This document shows positions 61,863-64,000 of a stretch of 64,000 bases of DNA, piece by piece (the first letter of the stretch is position 1; each line of letters opens with the position of its first letter). Source of the stretch: a virus; IMG/VR virus record IMGVR_UViG_3300022413_000009, positions 4,827-68,826 of that record, one strand, 5' to 3'. Position numbers and translations under genes: made by a program. The notes under the pieces are model-generated. The model made no database searches and was not told where the DNA came from. It saw only the letters and a program-made list of their open reading frames with translations.

Positions 61863-63056
61863 TCAGTCCTCTAACATTATGATATCGGCGCGATGCCGTT
61901 CCACTTCTCCATATTTTCTGTGAATGGCAATCGAGTACATATCCCGACCAGTGCGGTATCCCATTGACGCGGTCCATGCGTCCTTTGGGGCAAGTGTTCG
62001 GAAAGACTCAACTATACACCCTGGCAAGTCAAAAACCTTGCGAACGTGAATGTGACCCGTGTACCAATAGCGGAAGGTCGTTTCTCCCCAATCTTCTTTC
62101 CTGTCAGCTGCGAGTATCTCGCCGAGCTTCTCAGGCTTAACTGTGTCACCGTGTGTGACAGCGATTAGATTCTGACCGAAACGATAATAGTGATACTTCG
62201 CCGGGCTGGTGTCGAACGTCACGCGCGGATTGTCTTCGTATGCCATGCCCAAAGCCAGCGTCAATACTTGTGCGGTATGCTCATCGTGGTTACCGATTTC
62301 ATTGATTACCCGGACCGTCTCGTGCTTCCGAAGGGCTGCCTCGATACAGGCGCGCATTGCACGGACACCTATACGTAGAACCCGTGCCCACCGAGTATCA
62401 ACATCGAGCACATTCCCTGACTTGAGTGTTCGGTTGTCTGAAGTGTCGCTGTGGAAGAAATCCCCGACATTCACGATAAGGGCCTGCTTGCCAGGAGGCG
62501 CGCAATCGACGAGCCTGTTCATCGTTAGAACGAGATTCCTCTCTGCTATCTCAGCGTCGAAGTCATCACCAGATTCTTTGGCCCACGAGTACATTCCGAT
62601 ATGGGGGTCACCCATCGGATAGACGATAAGCAAATCATCATCGACGAATGTGGTTGGTGCAGGGATTGCAGGGACTTTCAAGTCCGGGAGACTGAACGCC
62701 TGCTTGGTGGCCTCGAGAGCCATCTCAAGGAGCATCTCTGCTTCACGTTTGGATTTGACCCACTGTAGTTTCTTCTCACCATCGGGGCCATAGAGTGTGC
62801 TGATTCCAGCTATGCCAAAAGGCTCGGGAACCTCTACTGACATGTCATGGTTAGGTGACCACCCCTGAATAGCAGCGTTTCGTCGTACCCGCCTAATTGC
62901 CTTACCGATGGTAGTTCGTTCACACCCGAGCAATGTAGCCGCGGCTCTCTGTGACCCTGCTTCGAGAACCGCTTCAAGGTATCTGAGTTGAATTGGGGTT
63001 GCGAACTTTTTGAGACCCTCGAGTTCAATCGGGTCATCAACTATGCCGTGAGCCAT
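61863..63056 (-). CDS. HTH-domain + calcineurin-like metallophosphoesterase (SbcD/Mre11-like nuclease candidate)
   Basis: 397 aa; N-terminal HTH (AATLLGCERTTIGKAIRRV), phosphoesterase motifs GDPHIG, NVGDFFH, GNHD, GHIH. Confidence 0.55.
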   Translation of the reverse strand: MAHGIVDDPIELEGLKKFATPIQLRYLEAVLEAGSQRAAATLLGCERTTIGKAIRRVRRNAAIQGWSPNHDMSVEVPEPFGIAGISTLYGPDGEKKLQWVKSKREAEMLLEMALEATKQAFSLPDLKVPAIPAPTTFVDDDLLIVYPMGDPHIGMYSWAKESGDDFDAEIAERNLVLTMNRLVDCAPPGKQALIVNVGDFFHSDTSDNRTLKSGNVLDVDTRWARVLRIGVRAMRACIEAALRKHETVRVINEIGNHDEHTAQVLTLALGMAYEDNPRVTFDTSPAKYHYYRFGQNLIAVTHGDTVKPEKLGEILAADRKEDWGETTFRYWYTGHIHVRKVFDLPGCIVESFRTLAPKDAWTASMGYRTGRDMYSIAIHRKYGEVERHRADIIMLED

Positions 63057-63065
63057 ATCCGACTC

Positions 63066-63278
63066 CTAGTTATTAGAATCGTCCTTTCCCTTACTTCGCT
63101 TTCTTCGAGTACAGTGCATGTACACTGATACCCCTGCCGCGATTATAGCAGCGATTCCCGCTAGGATCGATACGATCAAATCTACTTGAGCAAGAATTGA
63201 AGTCCCTGCTCCAATGCCACTAGCCAATGCGACACCGTCAGCCGCGAGTTTTTGATCAATAGCCATCTTAGCCTGCAT
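63066..63278 (-). CDS. Putative holin (small 2-TM membrane protein with charged C-terminus)
   Basis: 70 aa; Gly/Ala-rich TM segments then RRKRSKGKDDSNN tail; adjacent to endolysin-like and spanin genes. Confidence 0.4.
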   Translation of the reverse strand: MQAKMAIDQKLAADGVALASGIGAGTSILAQVDLIVSILAGIAAIIAAGVSVYMHCTRRKRSKGKDDSNN

Positions 63279-63540
63279 CTCCCATTCCGTTTGGTTTGTA
63301 TGCCTGATAAGCGATATACATTTTCGTGAACATGCCGCCGAGAGCTGTGAGCAATGCCACCGGGAAGGCAGTGATGAATGCTAGGTTAGCTGGTTCGATT
63401 GACGATAGATCGAGAGCCGTGTACCACTGCCAAGATTCAGCGAAAAGCCAAACATACGAGAGGAAGAAGACCGTTAGATAGAATCTAGGAAACACCCGTA
63501 GGGCATTGATTCTCTTCGCTAGTATTATCCACTTGTCCAT
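63268..63540 (-). CDS. Membrane protein (holin/antiholin candidate)
   Basis: 90 aa with 2-3 hydrophobic helices. Confidence 0.35.
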   Translation of the reverse strand: MDKWIILAKRINALRVFPRFYLTVFFLSYVWLFAESWQWYTALDLSSIEPANLAFITAFPVALLTALGGMFTKMYIAYQAYKPNGMGDAG

Positions 63541-63549
63541 GCGTCTCCC

Positions 63550-64000
63550 TCAAAACGCGGCCCTTCTTCTCCATCCAAGACGGAATACACCCAAGGAGGG
63601 TTTCTTCTCAATCAAGGACTCGTAAAAATTGCCCTGGCGCTCGCGTATTACGGTCACCAGTTCATAGTCCTTAGCTAGAAAAGAGTTTACAGCGGCAACG
63701 GTATTGATGCCCACGATACCGTCAACAACAAGATCTCCACCGAGCTTGTTTATTGATCTCTGTACTATCTTCCAGGTTTGTCTGGATCCCATATTCACTG
63801 CCATGTCGAAGATTTTGTTTGAAAGCAGCCCTGACATGATCGCATCACATTTGTTCGGGATCCAAAATCCGGTGCGATAGAGCTCTATTGCATCTTCCCG
63901 AGAAGCATTCCTAATATCATCGATATCCACGTCGCCGTCGCCGTCCAAATCGCCATCCGGAAGGCCATCTCTATTGAGGTCCCCAATGCTTTTGAGATAC
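63550..64000 (-). CDS. Endolysin-like protein, 3' portion (gene continues beyond window end): calcium-binding dockerin-like repeats + peptidoglycan-binding domain
   Basis: Track start is a TTG; reading frame stays open upstream to the window end (…YLKSIGDLNRDGLPDGDLDGDGDVDIDD). DxDxDG repeats, then LVVDGIVGINTVAAVNSF matching PG_binding_1. Confidence 0.45.
   Translation of the reverse strand, partial: YLKSIGDLNRDGLPDGDLDGDGDVDIDDIRNASREDAIELYRTGFWIPNKCDAIMSGLLSNKIFDMAVNMGSRQTWKIVQRSINKLGGDLVVDGIVGINTVAAVNSFLAKDYELVTVIRERQGNFYESLIEKKPSLGVFRLGWRRRAAF

Noticed and set aside
1-64000. Haloarchaeal-virus origin (suggested by Tat signals, acidic protein tails and the QueF/preQ1-DNA gene set)
   Set aside because: An overlapping Rz/Rz1-type spanin pair, an outer-membrane beta-barrel with C-terminal Phe, a family A DNA polymerase, DnaQ, bacterial-type TatA and CCA-encoding tRNAs all point to a Gram-negative bacterial host.

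Overview
This 64 kb window is a contiguous segment of a large tailed dsDNA phage (Caudoviricetes) genome. Every convincing gene lies on the minus strand, and the plus-strand ORFs in the track overlap them and look spurious. The host is probably a Gram-negative bacterium: there is an overlapping i-spanin/o-spanin pair, an outer-membrane beta-barrel protein ending in Phe, and Tat-type signal peptides.

Read in the direction of transcription (high to low coordinate) the window contains:
- A lysis cassette (63.9-59.9 kb): endolysin-like protein, two small membrane proteins (holin candidates) and the spanin pair.
- A replication and nucleotide-metabolism module (63-51.9 kb, then 33-29 kb): HTH-metallophosphoesterase, DnaQ-like 3'-5' exonuclease, dNMP kinase, SNF2 helicase, AEP primase-polymerase, UvrD-like helicase, and a family A DNA polymerase with a possible sliding clamp.
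- An array of about 26 tRNA genes (49.47-51.64 kb).
- A seven-gene 7-deazaguanine (preQ1-type) biosynthesis and DNA-insertion cluster: FolE, QueD, QueE, QueC, QueF, a DpdA/TGT-like transglycosylase and an HD hydrolase, with a SAM methyltransferase and a MazG-like NTP pyrophosphatase-like gene embedded.
- A phage-encoded TatA homologue and at least four proteins with twin-arginine signal peptides.
- A glycosyltransferase/methyltransferase module (FkbM x2, DUF115-like x2, GT-A), with a TylF-like methyltransferase at 14.5 kb.
- Many small early-type ORFs, an XRE regulator, and a terminase-to-capsid structural module (TerS, TerL, portal, Mu F-like, scaffold, major capsid) at 10.6-2.1 kb.

Two copies of an AT-rich, GTAGGGT-iteron-bearing intergenic module of about 300 bp sit upstream of the packaging and replication modules. 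A conserved promoter/operator-like motif recurs at least five times.

All protein calls come from motifs recognised by eye. Nothing was searched against a database.
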